64,000 nt of DNA from Nitrosopumilus sp. (GTDB lineage Archaea; Thermoproteota; Nitrososphaeria; Nitrososphaerales; Nitrosopumilaceae), in the NCBI GenBank assembly GCA_965206745.1, contig OZ242220.1, forward strand, positions 1,088,001-1,152,000. The letters are read 5' to 3'. Of the stretch, positions 40,768 to 55,622 are shown one piece after another (within the stretch, counting starts at the first letter, position 1; every line of letters begins with the position of its first letter). A program made the translations under genes and the position numbers. Under the pieces are notes generated by a model. It saw only the letters and a program-made list of their open reading frames with translations, searched no databases and was not told the origin of the DNA.

Positions 40768-41568
40768 GTGGCAAAGAAATTCAAACCGAAAATATCATAC
40801 ACCATGCGAGAGATACCAATTAAATATATCAAAGTCTGGGCCCAAGCTCAAGCTAGAAAACTTGATCGTGACAAAATAGCAGAACTGGCAAAATCAATCA
40901 GGCATGACGGATTGCTAAACCCACCCATGGTTCAAAAGAGTGGCAAAAACCAGTATCTGCTAATGTCTGGCCAGCGCAGGCTTGCAGCCATGAAAAGACT
41001 GCGTGCAAAAACCATTCTTGTGCATGTGATAATGAAAAAATCAGAACTGTCACTAGAGGAGGCAAAGGCCTCATCAGTTGTCGAGAATATTCACCGCAAT
41101 GACATGACACAAAAAGACATAGTCGCCGCAGCAACCCTGTTGGCTGAAAAGATGGGAAAACAAGCAGCTGCCAGATATTTGGGCATTACAATTGCAACAC
41201 TATACAGATATTTGGGATTTGCAGCAGTGCCAGATGTTCTAAAGGAACTAGTTCCAAAGACAATCTCAAGGGATGACATTACAAAACTATATCTTGCAAT
41301 AAACAATACAAAGCGTGCCGGAAACATTGCAGTAAAGATACAAAAGTTAGATCCGCAATTGAAAAAACACTACATCTCCATGCTATCTAGAAATCCCAAA
41401 ATGTCACACTTGAAGCTGTTGCGCCTTGCAAGGTCTTCATTGATTCGACAAAACATATCAATGAAACTGGCAAAGACCACTGCCAGAAAATTAAAGGTAA
41501 AGGCAGATAAAAACAACTTGTCTCCAAATGACATGGCAAAGAAGATCCTAGAAAGATACATCAAATAG
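40768..41568 (+). CDS. ParB/Srx-domain protein with HTH and C-terminal RHH-like domain
   Basis: GLLNPPMV, SGQRRLAA, ENIHR (ParB CTP-site motifs); HTH KQAAARYLGITIATLYRYL; GTG start at 40768 inferred. Confidence 0.85.
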   Translation: MAKKFKPKISYTMREIPIKYIKVWAQAQARKLDRDKIAELAKSIRHDGLLNPPMVQKSGKNQYLLMSGQRRLAAMKRLRAKTILVHVIMKKSELSLEEAKASSVVENIHRNDMTQKDIVAAATLLAEKMGKQAAARYLGITIATLYRYLGFAAVPDVLKELVPKTISRDDITKLYLAINNTKRAGNIAVKIQKLDPQLKKHYISMLSRNPKMSHLKLLRLARSSLIRQNISMKLAKTTARKLKVKADKNNLSPNDMAKKILERYIK

Positions 41569-41665
41569 TAATCAAACCGCTTCATATAGCAAATATGATC
41601 TTCATTGCAACGACAACCAAGTACATTGTTATCTCAAGGAAAGATGTCTCTTTTTCTAGCATCAT
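41561..41665 (-). pseudogene. Tiny single-TM gene with in-frame TGA, or a 27-aa peptide
   Basis: MMLEKETSFLEITMYLVVVAMKIIFAI*SGLITI*; hydrophobic helix continues past the TGA at 41582-41584. Confidence 0.4.
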
Positions 41666-42109
41666 GAAGCAAGCAATAATTATTCAAACAGACTTGTGTT
41701 TTTTAAAAATATCACAGTTAAACAAACCAGTGTTGATATCTTCAGTTAATTGTTGCACTCGCATAAAATATGTGGATTGGTAAATTTTTTTGAAATTGAA
41801 AACATTGATGTGGCAGTATTGTTTTAGAGAACTGGCATTTGCGTGCAATTTGTACTATTTGAAAAAATGCATGACAAAATAAAAAACCACAGCCAAATAT
41901 TAGAAATCCACAACACTGAAATTTTTCAAAAATACCATGTTTGTAAACTGTACTCATCATAATTGCTGCTCCGGTTGGGATTTTCAAAGAAATGGGCGTC
42001 TGTGTCCATCAGATAAAGGTCACACACAAAATACAGACAGACAAAAAATAAAAAAAGTTGCAACATGATGTACCAATGTTTTAATATAACACTATGACTG
42101 ATCAAGCCA

Positions 42110-43288
42110 ATGACACAAAAACGTATAATGACCTCAATTGGTATACTAGCACTATTTGCTATACTTCCAAATGTATATGCAGGTGCAGATGATGATGACG
42201 TGGCACCAGCCCCGCCATCAATAGGTGCAGACATACCACTGACATACTTTGGGCCAGCCCCATCTGATGTTCAAAAGGAATTAATCGGACCATATCAGTT
42301 ACTGAAATCTGGGCAAATGGATCTTGATGCAGGCACTATAACTTTGCCTTTGTATCAGGGATTCGTACAAATTGACCAATTCAACACTGAGACAGTTTGG
42401 TTTATCTTAACTGACACAACTGATGGTGCAAATGCAGCAGCACTTGGAATCAATCACTCTCCAAAGCTTGCATACTCAGAGACCGCAAATTCTGTTAGAA
42501 CAGGATTCATAAATGATAATGGAAACATTGCATTTAATGGCGGGTCAGTTGACTTTACGCCATCAAGATCTTTGACCCCTGGTCAAGCCTCACCATTTCC
42601 ACCAGCTGATTTTCAGCCAGGTAGTGTAGGCGATGCAGAGTATTCACCACTGGTAAAAATAACAAATGCCGGTGGACACATCTACAATGCACCAGTGGTA
42701 GCCACAGGTAGTGCTGACTCAGTAACTGCTTGTGACGGAGATCCTGATTACAAAAAAGTCCACGACAGGGTAGTCAGAATTTGTCCTGAAGAAGCAACTG
42801 TAACGATGGAGCTTGCAGCAGGCTTTAGCTTTGCACGACCGGTACTATACATCAGTACAGAATCGAATCATCCAATGGCTGCAACACTAGAAGGTGCAAC
42901 ATTTGCACCAGCACTTGATGGAATTGTTGTAGGTAGAGATGACTCTGCATTTTCAGCAGTTGAGAGAATCTTTGTAATTGCAAATGGCCCCATGGGAAAA
43001 GAAAATCCCCAAAGACAGGGTCTTAATAGTGCAATAGCAGATCACAGAACTCCTCTCAATGTACTGGGCGGCATACCAACAATAGCTACTGATTACTCCC
43101 CACTGTGGGATGTCAATTTGGGCTTTTGGACAGATGAGGCACTAGAGAAAAACTATGATTCCAGAGTATCTGAAGAGTTTCAGATATTGGGACTAGTTGA
43201 ACAAGGATGGATTACAGGACCAGATGGTGGTGACTTTGGCAGTACAGGTATAATTGTAAACTGCCCAATCGCCTTTAGGTTCCTATAA
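42110..43288 (+). CDS. Secreted acidic protein with internal duplication (DUF7482-like)
   Basis: Signal peptide; two related halves (WFILTDTTD..AAALG / LYISTESNH..AATLEG; YSPLV / YSPLW); C-terminal IVNCP. Confidence 0.75.
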   Translation: MTQKRIMTSIGILALFAILPNVYAGADDDDVAPAPPSIGADIPLTYFGPAPSDVQKELIGPYQLLKSGQMDLDAGTITLPLYQGFVQIDQFNTETVWFILTDTTDGANAAALGINHSPKLAYSETANSVRTGFINDNGNIAFNGGSVDFTPSRSLTPGQASPFPPADFQPGSVGDAEYSPLVKITNAGGHIYNAPVVATGSADSVTACDGDPDYKKVHDRVVRICPEEATVTMELAAGFSFARPVLYISTESNHPMAATLEGATFAPALDGIVVGRDDSAFSAVERIFVIANGPMGKENPQRQGLNSAIADHRTPLNVLGGIPTIATDYSPLWDVNLGFWTDEALEKNYDSRVSEEFQILGLVEQGWITGPDGGDFGSTGIIVNCPIAFRFL

Positions 43289-43290
43289 CC

Positions 43291-43299
43291 TTTTTTTTT
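43291..43299 (+). terminator. Oligo-T archaeal terminator
   Basis: T9 run 2 nt after the stop of 42110..43288. Confidence 0.65.
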
Positions 43300-43809
43300 A
43301 ATATTTTTCAAGCATTAAATGACATGACTCAGGCTTTGCCAGATGACTCTGGTTTTAAGCATCGATGATTGGTTGAACTCAGCAGTTTGGGCATGTCAGG
43401 ACAAACTAATAATCTGTAAAATAGACACCATTCACGGGGTAACGAGAACGGGTGGGAGATTGCATACGGTTGGATTTTCAAAACTTTTCTTGCTTCTAAT
43501 ATCACTTTGTTTCTTTTGTAACACAAGGCATGGTTTGAACAGATGAAAATATCAGATAATGATTCATAGTATTCAAATCTTGACTGAGCAAATAATGCAT
43601 CATAATTCATCAGTTTTGTATATTTTGTTTTCAATCATTTGGTCACTAGTAGACAAACACAGGAGTTTGAAGGACGTCAATTCTTACAAGTTCGTCAATA
43701 ACTTTCCTGCAGGATAGGTCATGAATCGACATGATATCAATGAATGTTGTTATCTCATTACATTAGACATAAAACGAAAAGATCATGATGATTTCATGGA
43801 AAGCTATGG

Positions 43810-44476
43810 AAAGCTCATGATGATTCATGTAAAGCTCATGATGATTCATGTAAAGCTCATGATGATTCATGTAAAGCTCATGATGATTCATGTAAAGCTC
43901 ATGATGATTCATGTAAAGCTCATGATGATTCATGTAAAGCTCATGATGATTCATGTAAAGCTCATGATGATTCATGTAAAGCTCATGATGATTCATGTAA
44001 AGCTCATGATGATTCATGTAAAGCTCATGATGATTCATGTAAAGCTCATGATGATTCATGTAAAGCTCATGATGATTCATGTAAAGCTCATGATGATTCA
44101 TGTAAAGCTCATGATGATTCATGTAAAGCTCATGATGATTCATGTAAAGCTCATGATGATTCATGTAAAGCTCATGATGATTCATGTAAAGCTCATGATG
44201 ATTCATGTAAAGCTCATGATGATTCATGTAAAGCTCATGATGATTCATGTAAAGCTCATGATGATTCATGTAAAGCTCATGATGATTCATGTAAAGCTCA
44301 TGATGATTCATGTAAAGCTCATGATGATTCATGTAAAGCTCATGATGATTCATGTAAAGCTCATGATGATTCATGTAAAGCTCATGATGATTCATGTAAA
44401 GCTCATGATGATTCATGTAAAGCTCATGATGATTCATGTAAAGCTCATGATGATTCATGTAAAGCTCATGATGATT
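43810..44476. repeat. Perfect tandem array, 31 x 21 bp (aaagctcatgatgattcatgt) plus a partial unit, with degenerate copies on both sides
   Basis: 43810-44460 = 651 bp = 31 identical units; variants aaagatcatgatgatttcatgg upstream and aaagctcatgatgatttcatg at 44461. Confidence 0.97.
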
Positions 44477-44580
44477 TCATGAATGTAAAGAAAATTTGTC
44501 GTGTAATATGTGATCGTCGTGCACGGATCTGCCCAGGTTTGCACCTAAAGCAGATCCACGCCTCTATGTAAGTGGCTGAA

Positions 44581-47570
<2,990 letters not shown>

Positions 47571-47684
47571 TATATTCAGCCACATATTACACGACTATGC
47601 ACGACGATCATTGCAAACCACCGGTAAGTGGTCCACTACATCCTTCATACATCACTTTCGTGATGCATTGCATCGATGATTTCA

Positions 47685-49274
<1,590 letters not shown>

Positions 49275-49417
49275 CTCAGATATTGATCACTTGATCAAAT
49301 CCTCATTCTTGTATGCGTAACTGGAGGCCCATGAATCACAAAGTGGCATATTACCATACTTCATCACGAGCGCCGCCTATTGCGTTACGTATGCAGAAGT
49401 CAAAGAATGCAGAAACC

Positions 49418-49424
49418 ATATAAA
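49418..49424 (-). promoter_or_regulatory. Putative TATA box of the rRNA operon
   Basis: TTTATAT on the minus strand about 225 nt upstream of the 16S 5' end. Confidence 0.6.
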
Positions 49425-49553
49425 CCAAGCGTGAAATTATGCCTGATCGGTTCAAAAAATTGTAAAAATTACACATTTTTCAGAACCAGCCTAGGCCAAA
49501 GCAAACGGGAGGATTCTTGTCAATGGTTAAAATGACAGATCTGGTTTTGAAAA

Positions 49554-50834
49554 TTGCTTTTGAACTATATCACAGAGTACAAAAAAAAGACAAAAAATTC
49601 TGCAAAAATATTTGCAAAGTCCTTGAAACTCCACGTGAATGGTGTCTCTCATAATATACGATTTTATGAACCATATCCATTTGTGGTAAAATCATCGGCA
49701 GGGAAAAATCTAGTCGACGTGGATGACAACAGATACACAGATTATTGGATGGGTCATTGGAGTTTGATTTTAGGACATGGCCCAAAAGAGGTCAAAGATT
49801 CCCTGAAAACGCAGATAGAGAAGAGCTGGATGTATGGAACAGTAAATGAGCAGACAATAAAATTATCAGAGTTGATTTCAAAGGCAGTCCCAGTGGCTGA
49901 AAAGATTCGCTATGTCACATCAGGAACAGAAGCTACAATGTATGCAGTCAGACTGGCTCGTTCGGCAACGGGAAGGAAGATCATTGCAAAGATTGACGGA
50001 GGATGGCACGGATACACATCAGATTTGCTAAAGAGCGTCAACTGGCCATTTACAGAATCAGAAAGCAGCGGGGTGGTAAATGAAGAAGAGATTGTTTCAA
50101 TACCATACAACGATTTGGAAGGTTCGCTTGAGATTCTCAAAAAACATGCAAAGAGATTGGCAGGTGTGATTGTAGAACCTGTGTTAGGTGGGGCAGGATG
50201 CATTCCAGCTACCTTAGAATATCTCAGGGGGATTCAAGAGTTTGCCCATAAGAACGAGTCGTTATTTATTCTCGATGAAATTGTCACGGGATTCAGATTC
50301 AGATACGGGTGTCTGTACCCCACGATGGGATTGGATCCGGACATCGTTACACTAGGCAAAATTGTGGGGGGCGGGATGGCAATCGGCGTGATGTGCGGCA
50401 AAAAAGAGATCATGGAACATGCAGATACCACAGGTAAAAAAAAATCAGAGCGAAGCTATGTCGGAGGCGGCACGTTTTCTGCAAACCCAGCATCCATGAC
50501 ATCAGGATATGCGACACTGTCAGTTTTGAAAGATAACAGTTCAGTGTATTCTAAAATTAATGATTTGGGAGAGTATGCCAGGGAAGAGCTAACCAAGTTC
50601 TTTGATGGGAAGGTGGTAGTTACAGGCAAGGGATCCCTATTCATGACACATTTTCTCAAAGATGGAATTACGGAGATCACTAATGCGGCCCAAGCATCAA
50701 TGTGTGATCTGAAGGCCCTGCATGAGTATCATTTTAAAATGATAGCACACGATGGAATCTTCTTTCTGCCAGGCAAGCTAGGGGCAGTATCAAATGCACA
50801 TACAAAAGCAGACATCAAAAAAATGACAAGTTGA
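49554..50834 (+). CDS. hemL: Glutamate-1-semialdehyde aminomutase (class III aminotransferase)
   Basis: [39 protein letters not shown]. Confidence 0.85.
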   Translation: MLLNYITEYKKKTKNSAKIFAKSLKLHVNGVSHNIRFYEPYPFVVKSSAGKNLVDVDDNRYTDYWMGHWSLILGHGPKEVKDSLKTQIEKSWMYGTVNEQTIKLSELISKAVPVAEKIRYVTSGTEATMYAVRLARSATGRKIIAKIDGGWHGYTSDLLKSVNWPFTESESSGVVNEEEIVSIPYNDLEGSLEILKKHAKRLAGVIVEPVLGGAGCIPATLEYLRGIQEFAHKNESLFILDEIVTGFRFRYGCLYPTMGLDPDIVTLGKIVGGGMAIGVMCGKKEIMEHADTTGKKKSERSYVGGGTFSANPASMTSGYATLSVLKDNSSVYSKINDLGEYAREELTKFFDGKVVVTGKGSLFMTHFLKDGITEITNAAQASMCDLKALHEYHFKMIAHDGIFFLPGKLGAVSNAHTKADIKKMTS

Positions 50835-50840
50835 TCACCT

Positions 50841-51197
50841 TCAAATTTTTGAAAAAGACCTCTTCCACAGAGTCAGTTTGTTGAATATTTCAAGATAGTC
50901 ATCAGATCTTGTAGTGATGTGGATATGGGCCAATAATCTGCCATATTGTGCCTCCAAAATCATCGTACATTCATCCTTGAAAAAGGGTACAGATACGCCG
51001 ATCTTTTTCAAAGAATCAAATTTAAAATGCTCAACTTTCAGATAGTCGCTTCTAATGGCAACCTGCTTTTTGTCAGAATTGTTATTGATGGATTCATCAA
51101 GCTGCCTTTTTACAGAATCATCCCAGACGGGGGAATCTTGAGGCCACCTGTGAATGTGTACCTTGTCTGCAAGATAATTCAACTCAAAGTCAGGCAA
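50841..51197 (-). CDS. Hypothetical protein
   Basis: 118-aa ORF filling the intergenic space with plausible composition. Confidence 0.65.
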   Translation of the reverse strand: MPDFELNYLADKVHIHRWPQDSPVWDDSVKRQLDESINNNSDKKQVAIRSDYLKVEHFKFDSLKKIGVSVPFFKDECTMILEAQYGRLLAHIHITTRSDDYLEIFNKLTLWKRSFSKI

Positions 51198-51405
51198 TAT
51201 CTCAAATCATTTTTGATGAAAATTAAGCGTTATCATCAGGATCAAGCCAGGATAGCCACAGTAGGTTTTTGTCTAGTCACATCGTGAAAAAGATACAAGG
51301 CCCTCAGAGGACTGGCTGGAAGGCAAGAGGAGGTAGCAAGATTAGGCAGTAGGAGGATTTCAGGCCAGACCAAACTTTCATTAGCAATATCACTTTTGAG
51401 GGATC

Positions 51406-52227
51406 ATGGGACTGTTTGGCTCAAAAGAGGACGTGGAGGATTTGCTGTATAATGCAATGTCGCTAATGGAGAAGAACCAGCCAAAAGGGGCCATCGCACT
51501 ATTCAACAAGGTTCTAAAACAAGAGTCAAAAAACACCCCGGCGTTATTCAACAAAGGCCTAGCATTAAACCGGATAAAAAAGTACAGCGATGCCATAACA
51601 TGCTTTGATATTTTAATTGAGATTAACCCCAAAGACTCCCAAGCCTGGAACAACAAAGGAATTGCAATGGCTGAAAACGGAAATATCCAGGCATCAGCAG
51701 AGTGCTACGAGAATGCAATTCAGGCAGATCCAAAGAACGCGTCGGCGTACTTTAACAAAGGCGTACTGCTAGACAAACTGCAGGAACCCCAGGAGGCCTT
51801 GACGGTACTAGACAAGGCCATCACGATTGATTCAAGAAAGCCAAATGTCGTCATTTACAAAGGAATCATACTAGGCAAAATGAAAAGACATGAGGAAGCT
51901 TTGAACTGTTTTGAAAATGTTTGTAAAAAATATCCAAACAACCAAGATGCATTCTTTCAAAAGGGCGTCCAGTTGGCAGAACTAGGAAAGCATGAAAAAG
52001 CACTTGCAGTCTTTGATGGCATTCTGAAAAAATTCAAGGACAATGCAAACGTCATTTACGCAAAATCACGAAGCATGGCAGCATTAGAAAGATATCCCGA
52101 ATCACTGGAATTGCTAAAGCAGGCAGTCTCCAGAAACCCCAAAGTCATTCGCATGTGGGCAAAGGAGGAACCAATCTTTGAAAAATTACACAGCAATGAT
52201 CAGTTTAGAAAAATGGTAAAACTATAG
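51406..52227 (+). CDS. Tetratricopeptide repeat protein
   Basis: Repeated A(L/W/Y)FNKG..L TPR units. Confidence 0.9.
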   Translation: MGLFGSKEDVEDLLYNAMSLMEKNQPKGAIALFNKVLKQESKNTPALFNKGLALNRIKKYSDAITCFDILIEINPKDSQAWNNKGIAMAENGNIQASAECYENAIQADPKNASAYFNKGVLLDKLQEPQEALTVLDKAITIDSRKPNVVIYKGIILGKMKRHEEALNCFENVCKKYPNNQDAFFQKGVQLAELGKHEKALAVFDGILKKFKDNANVIYAKSRSMAALERYPESLELLKQAVSRNPKVIRMWAKEEPIFEKLHSNDQFRKMVKL

Positions 52228-52932
52228 AATCTTTTTTCTAACTGCATCAATGCGAAGCAATCTGACTTTTTTCTTCGGTCCAATTAATCTGGCCTCAAAA
52301 ATAGGAATGTAAACTTCTGTAATCTTGTGCAATATGAACTCCTCGTTAAGATCCCTAACATCATTCTCCAGTGGTTTTTTTAATTGGGATCGAAGCATTT
52401 TGATTGCAGCATTATGCGTTATGTCGAGTTTGCTGACATTGGCAGAATTTTGCTCCAGCAGTCTTTTAGGATAGTTTTCAACAGTTTTTGAATTAATTTT
52501 AAAGGGAAATTTAATCTCTTGGCCGTGATGATCAAAGGCCAGTTCATTTTCTTCTTCAACAAAGACATGCTCTTCTAATTTCAAGTCAACCTTATTTTTG
52601 CCTCGCTTGCCAACAAATGCTTTTGTGATTTTGGATTTGGAACGAACTGGGAAAAGGCCGCCACCCAGGGAGACCTCAAGGACGTTGGAATCCACGGAAA
52701 TTAGGTGATCTGCATTTCTAAAATAGTCAGCAATGTATTTTCCTGAAACCATCAAAATGCATTCATAGTACAGTTTCAAAGAGTGGACATGCACATCATC
52801 TGCCTTTGGTCTGGAAAGCAATGATTTGAAGGGGGAGGTTTTTTTGGAGTTGACAATAGCCATGGCCTGCGTTTCATCAATTTTTTTTCGCAAGACCACA
52901 GTCTTTACATCATTATTTTTTGTCAAAACCAT
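52222..52932 (-). CDS. Hypothetical protein
   Basis: 236-aa ORF with two related halves (YYECI / VYIPIF), C-terminal RIDAV. Confidence 0.75.
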   Translation of the reverse strand: MVLTKNNDVKTVVLRKKIDETQAMAIVNSKKTSPFKSLLSRPKADDVHVHSLKLYYECILMVSGKYIADYFRNADHLISVDSNVLEVSLGGGLFPVRSKSKITKAFVGKRGKNKVDLKLEEHVFVEEENELAFDHHGQEIKFPFKINSKTVENYPKRLLEQNSANVSKLDITHNAAIKMLRSQLKKPLENDVRDLNEEFILHKITEVYIPIFEARLIGPKKKVRLLRIDAVRKKIL

Positions 52933-53007
52933 TCAGAGTACGCTATTCTATCTATTAAATCAATTCAGATAGGAAAGAAATATTACATTTGGAATCATTC
53001 CCAAAGT

Positions 53008-53370
53008 ATGGCAGATAACAAGGGAGGATATATCGACAAATTCCTCAAAAAAGCAGACAAGGCAATTCAGGAGGGAGTTAAAAAGGCAGATGCGGCACTG
53101 GATGAGGCAGTAGAGTTTGGAACAATGACTGCAAGACAGGCAGCCAAGACAAGCAAAGAATTGCACAAACAGGCAGCCAAAGAAAAGGAATCATTACAAA
53201 AGAAAGGGATCAAAAAGATCAACGAAGGGATATCGGTTGCAAAAAGAGTTACGGCAAATACCAGTGAAGATTTAGAAATATTAGAAAAGTTAGGCAAGTT
53301 AAGAAAGGCACGAGTAATTACAGAGAAAGAGTTTCAAGATAAAAAGAAGAAGATTCTAAGCAGGATATGA
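53008..53370 (+). CDS. Helical protein with C-terminal SHOCT domain
   Basis: LEKLGKLRKARVITEKEFQDKKKKIL. Confidence 0.8.
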   Translation: MADNKGGYIDKFLKKADKAIQEGVKKADAALDEAVEFGTMTARQAAKTSKELHKQAAKEKESLQKKGIKKINEGISVAKRVTANTSEDLEILEKLGKLRKARVITEKEFQDKKKKILSRI

Positions 53371-53822
53371 AAAAGACAAACATTTCAGGTACCGGGGACA
53401 GGCGGGATGTAAACCCAGACTGGTTTACAAACAAAACATGGATGAAAGTACTTTCAGAGAAGATCAAGGCAAAGGATCAAGACATCTATCATGTTCATTT
53501 TCAAAACGGTGCAAGGACCAAACTTCATCAGCATGATGGCAATCAGGTGCTAATAGTCGTAAGTGGAAAAGGCAGCCTTGAGATCTTTAAAAGATACGGC
53601 ACCCACAAGTCCAACTTTAAGATAAGGAGAACAGAGAGGATCAGCCTAAACCAAGGGGACATCGTCCACATTCCGGCAAAAACACTCCACACGCATGGCT
53701 CAATTGAGAAGAGTAGGGAATTTTCCCACATTGCAATCAACATACTTGCAAAGAAGAACGGAGTGTACAAAACACAATGGTACGAGTCTGATTTTAAGAC
53801 CAAGGTTTCAAAGATCATCTAA
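53367..53822 (+). CDS. Cupin domain protein
   Basis: GARTKLHQHDGNQ and GDIVHIPAKTLHTHG. Confidence 0.88.
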   Translation: MKKTNISGTGDRRDVNPDWFTNKTWMKVLSEKIKAKDQDIYHVHFQNGARTKLHQHDGNQVLIVVSGKGSLEIFKRYGTHKSNFKIRRTERISLNQGDIVHIPAKTLHTHGSIEKSREFSHIAINILAKKNGVYKTQWYESDFKTKVSKII

Positions 53823-53824
53823 AA

Positions 53825-54187
53825 ATGTCATTACGTAAAAACTCTCAGATAGATACGATTCAGGGGAATGAAGGAACTAAGATTAAGCAGTATTTTCACC
53901 CGCACAACACGCTAAACGGGATTAGCTATAGTTTGGCACAGTTCACTTTGGAATCTGGAAAAAAATCAAAATTGCACAAAATGAGTTCATCGGAGATATT
54001 CTACATTTTGGATGGCACAGGCATTTTGCACATCAATGATGAGACTCATCATTTAAACAAGGATGACTCAGCATACGTTCCGCCTAATGCCAAGCAGTTT
54101 ATTGAAAACTCTGGGAAAGAGAATTTAAGATTTTTGTGCATAGTTGAACCGGCATGGAGGGCAGAAGATGAGATTCTGCTAGAATAA
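53825..54187 (+). CDS. Cupin domain protein
   Basis: LHKMSSSEIFYILDGTG, YVPPNAKQFIEN, VEPAW. Confidence 0.88.
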   Translation: MSLRKNSQIDTIQGNEGTKIKQYFHPHNTLNGISYSLAQFTLESGKKSKLHKMSSSEIFYILDGTGILHINDETHHLNKDDSAYVPPNAKQFIENSGKENLRFLCIVEPAWRAEDEILLE

Positions 54188-54234
54188 GGGACAAATACAA
54201 TTATTTTTAACATATGACAAATCAGTAATTCCTA

Positions 54235-54909
54235 GTGAACACATACCAAGCACTCAAAGTATTGAATATGGATTCCAATTCGTCACAAACTGAGATCAAG
54301 GCAGCATACAGAAGGATGGCATTGGAGCTGCATCCGGATAAAAATCAGAACAAGACCCAAGGGGAGGAATTCAAAAAGATTACCGAGGCATATAACCATC
54401 TAAAGAAAAATTACAGTCAAGATGACAGTTCTGGCCATCAGGGAGCAACCCAAGGTGGACCTAGAAATGATTTTAAAAGAAAACCCCAATGGGGAGCCCC
54501 AGATGATGGTAGCATTCCAGAGCAGGATTGGGGCAAGTATACTAGACAATTCGAAGAAGGAGATCCGGACTTTTGGAAAGAGTATGAGAGAAAGTTTTGG
54601 GAAGATTACAATGCACGGATTCGTGCAGACGGCAGAAATGGAGAATATGAAAAAGCACAAGAGCCCAAAAAACAACCAGATCTTTTTGTACAGGTCGACG
54701 AAAGTTTGTGCATAGGTTGTTGTAGCTGTGAAACCATTGCACCAGGAGTATTTGAAATAGATAGGAACCGCAAATCAAATCCCAAATCATCAGTGATCAA
54801 CCAAAAGGGCGAAGGAGTCAACAAAATAATGAATGCCGCTAAAACGTGTCCAACAAAAGCAATCAATGTAGAGGACTCTGAAACCAAAGAAAAGCTATTT
54901 CCGTATTAG
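54235..54909 (+). CDS. DnaJ-ferredoxin fusion (J-domain + Fe-S domain)
   Basis: HPD motif; CIGCCSC...CP ferredoxin. Confidence 0.9.
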   Translation: MNTYQALKVLNMDSNSSQTEIKAAYRRMALELHPDKNQNKTQGEEFKKITEAYNHLKKNYSQDDSSGHQGATQGGPRNDFKRKPQWGAPDDGSIPEQDWGKYTRQFEEGDPDFWKEYERKFWEDYNARIRADGRNGEYEKAQEPKKQPDLFVQVDESLCIGCCSCETIAPGVFEIDRNRKSNPKSSVINQKGEGVNKIMNAAKTCPTKAINVEDSETKEKLFPY

Positions 54910-55310
54910 GATTTTAGTCGGTCGTATAGTTTGTCCATTTCAGATTCAGACATACTCACAGGTGTAAACATGCTATGAATTGGGCCTGCAGAATCACCCT
55001 TGCTTCTTGGAACTAGGTGCACATGAACATGGGGAATTTCCTGACCTGCATCTGGGCCATTGTGTATTGCAATCAGAGTAGACCCAGTGATCTTGTCCAC
55101 ATTTGGGATCATTTCGTGAACAAGAGAGAACAGATCGGTATTTTCTTCCACACTCATATCTTGCATCTTTTCATGGTGATTTTTTGGTATGACCAAAACA
55201 TGCCCACTTGCAAGAGGAAATGCATCCAAAAATGAAATGGAATTGGCAGTCTCTTTGAGAAATTTAGATTTGATTTTCCCAGAAACAATTTTACAAAAAA
55301 TACAATCCAT
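54906..55310 (-). CDS. HIT family hydrolase
   Basis: DCIFCKI, AGQEIPHVHVHLVPR. Confidence 0.93.
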   Translation of the reverse strand: MDCIFCKIVSGKIKSKFLKETANSISFLDAFPLASGHVLVIPKNHHEKMQDMSVEENTDLFSLVHEMIPNVDKITGSTLIAIHNGPDAGQEIPHVHVHLVPRSKGDSAGPIHSMFTPVSMSESEMDKLYDRLKS

Positions 55311-55622
55311 ACAGTTTTGCTAAATGTCTGAAAATATTAAACCATCTATTATGGCTTAACGGCAGAGATGCCCATGCAAGATCGTTTCCAGATTGAATAG
55401 CAGTAGCCATCGCCTGATTTCAATAGGCAGTCTGATAATTTTTATGGCATCATCGTGTATGAACACAACAGCTCCTCTACGATTACCTAGCAGTGTTACC
55501 TGCTCAAACACATCCCCACATATTAGACTCTAAAATGGGAAAACAGCAACAAATAACACAATTCCGGCAATAAGGCACCTACAGATACAAGACTAGTTTT
55601 TTGGCTTGGGCCAAAACTCCAT

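Noticed and set aside
41582-41584. In-frame TGA as selenocysteine or readthrough
   Set aside because: It sits in a hydrophobic helix with no redox motif or SECIS; a nonsense mutation is simpler.
43329-43634. Overlapping short ORFs between the secreted protein gene and the array
   Set aside because: No motifs or coding-like composition on either strand.
43810-44476. CRISPR array
   Set aside because: Units are contiguous and identical with no spacers, and no cas genes are present.
43721-44482. ORFs encoding (KLMMIHV)n on +, (MNHHELY)n on -, and a start-less (KAHDDSC)n frame
   Set aside because: Open frames follow automatically from a 21-bp unit; there is no synonymous variation or flanking domain. 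Translation of the His-rich frame cannot be fully excluded without proteomics.
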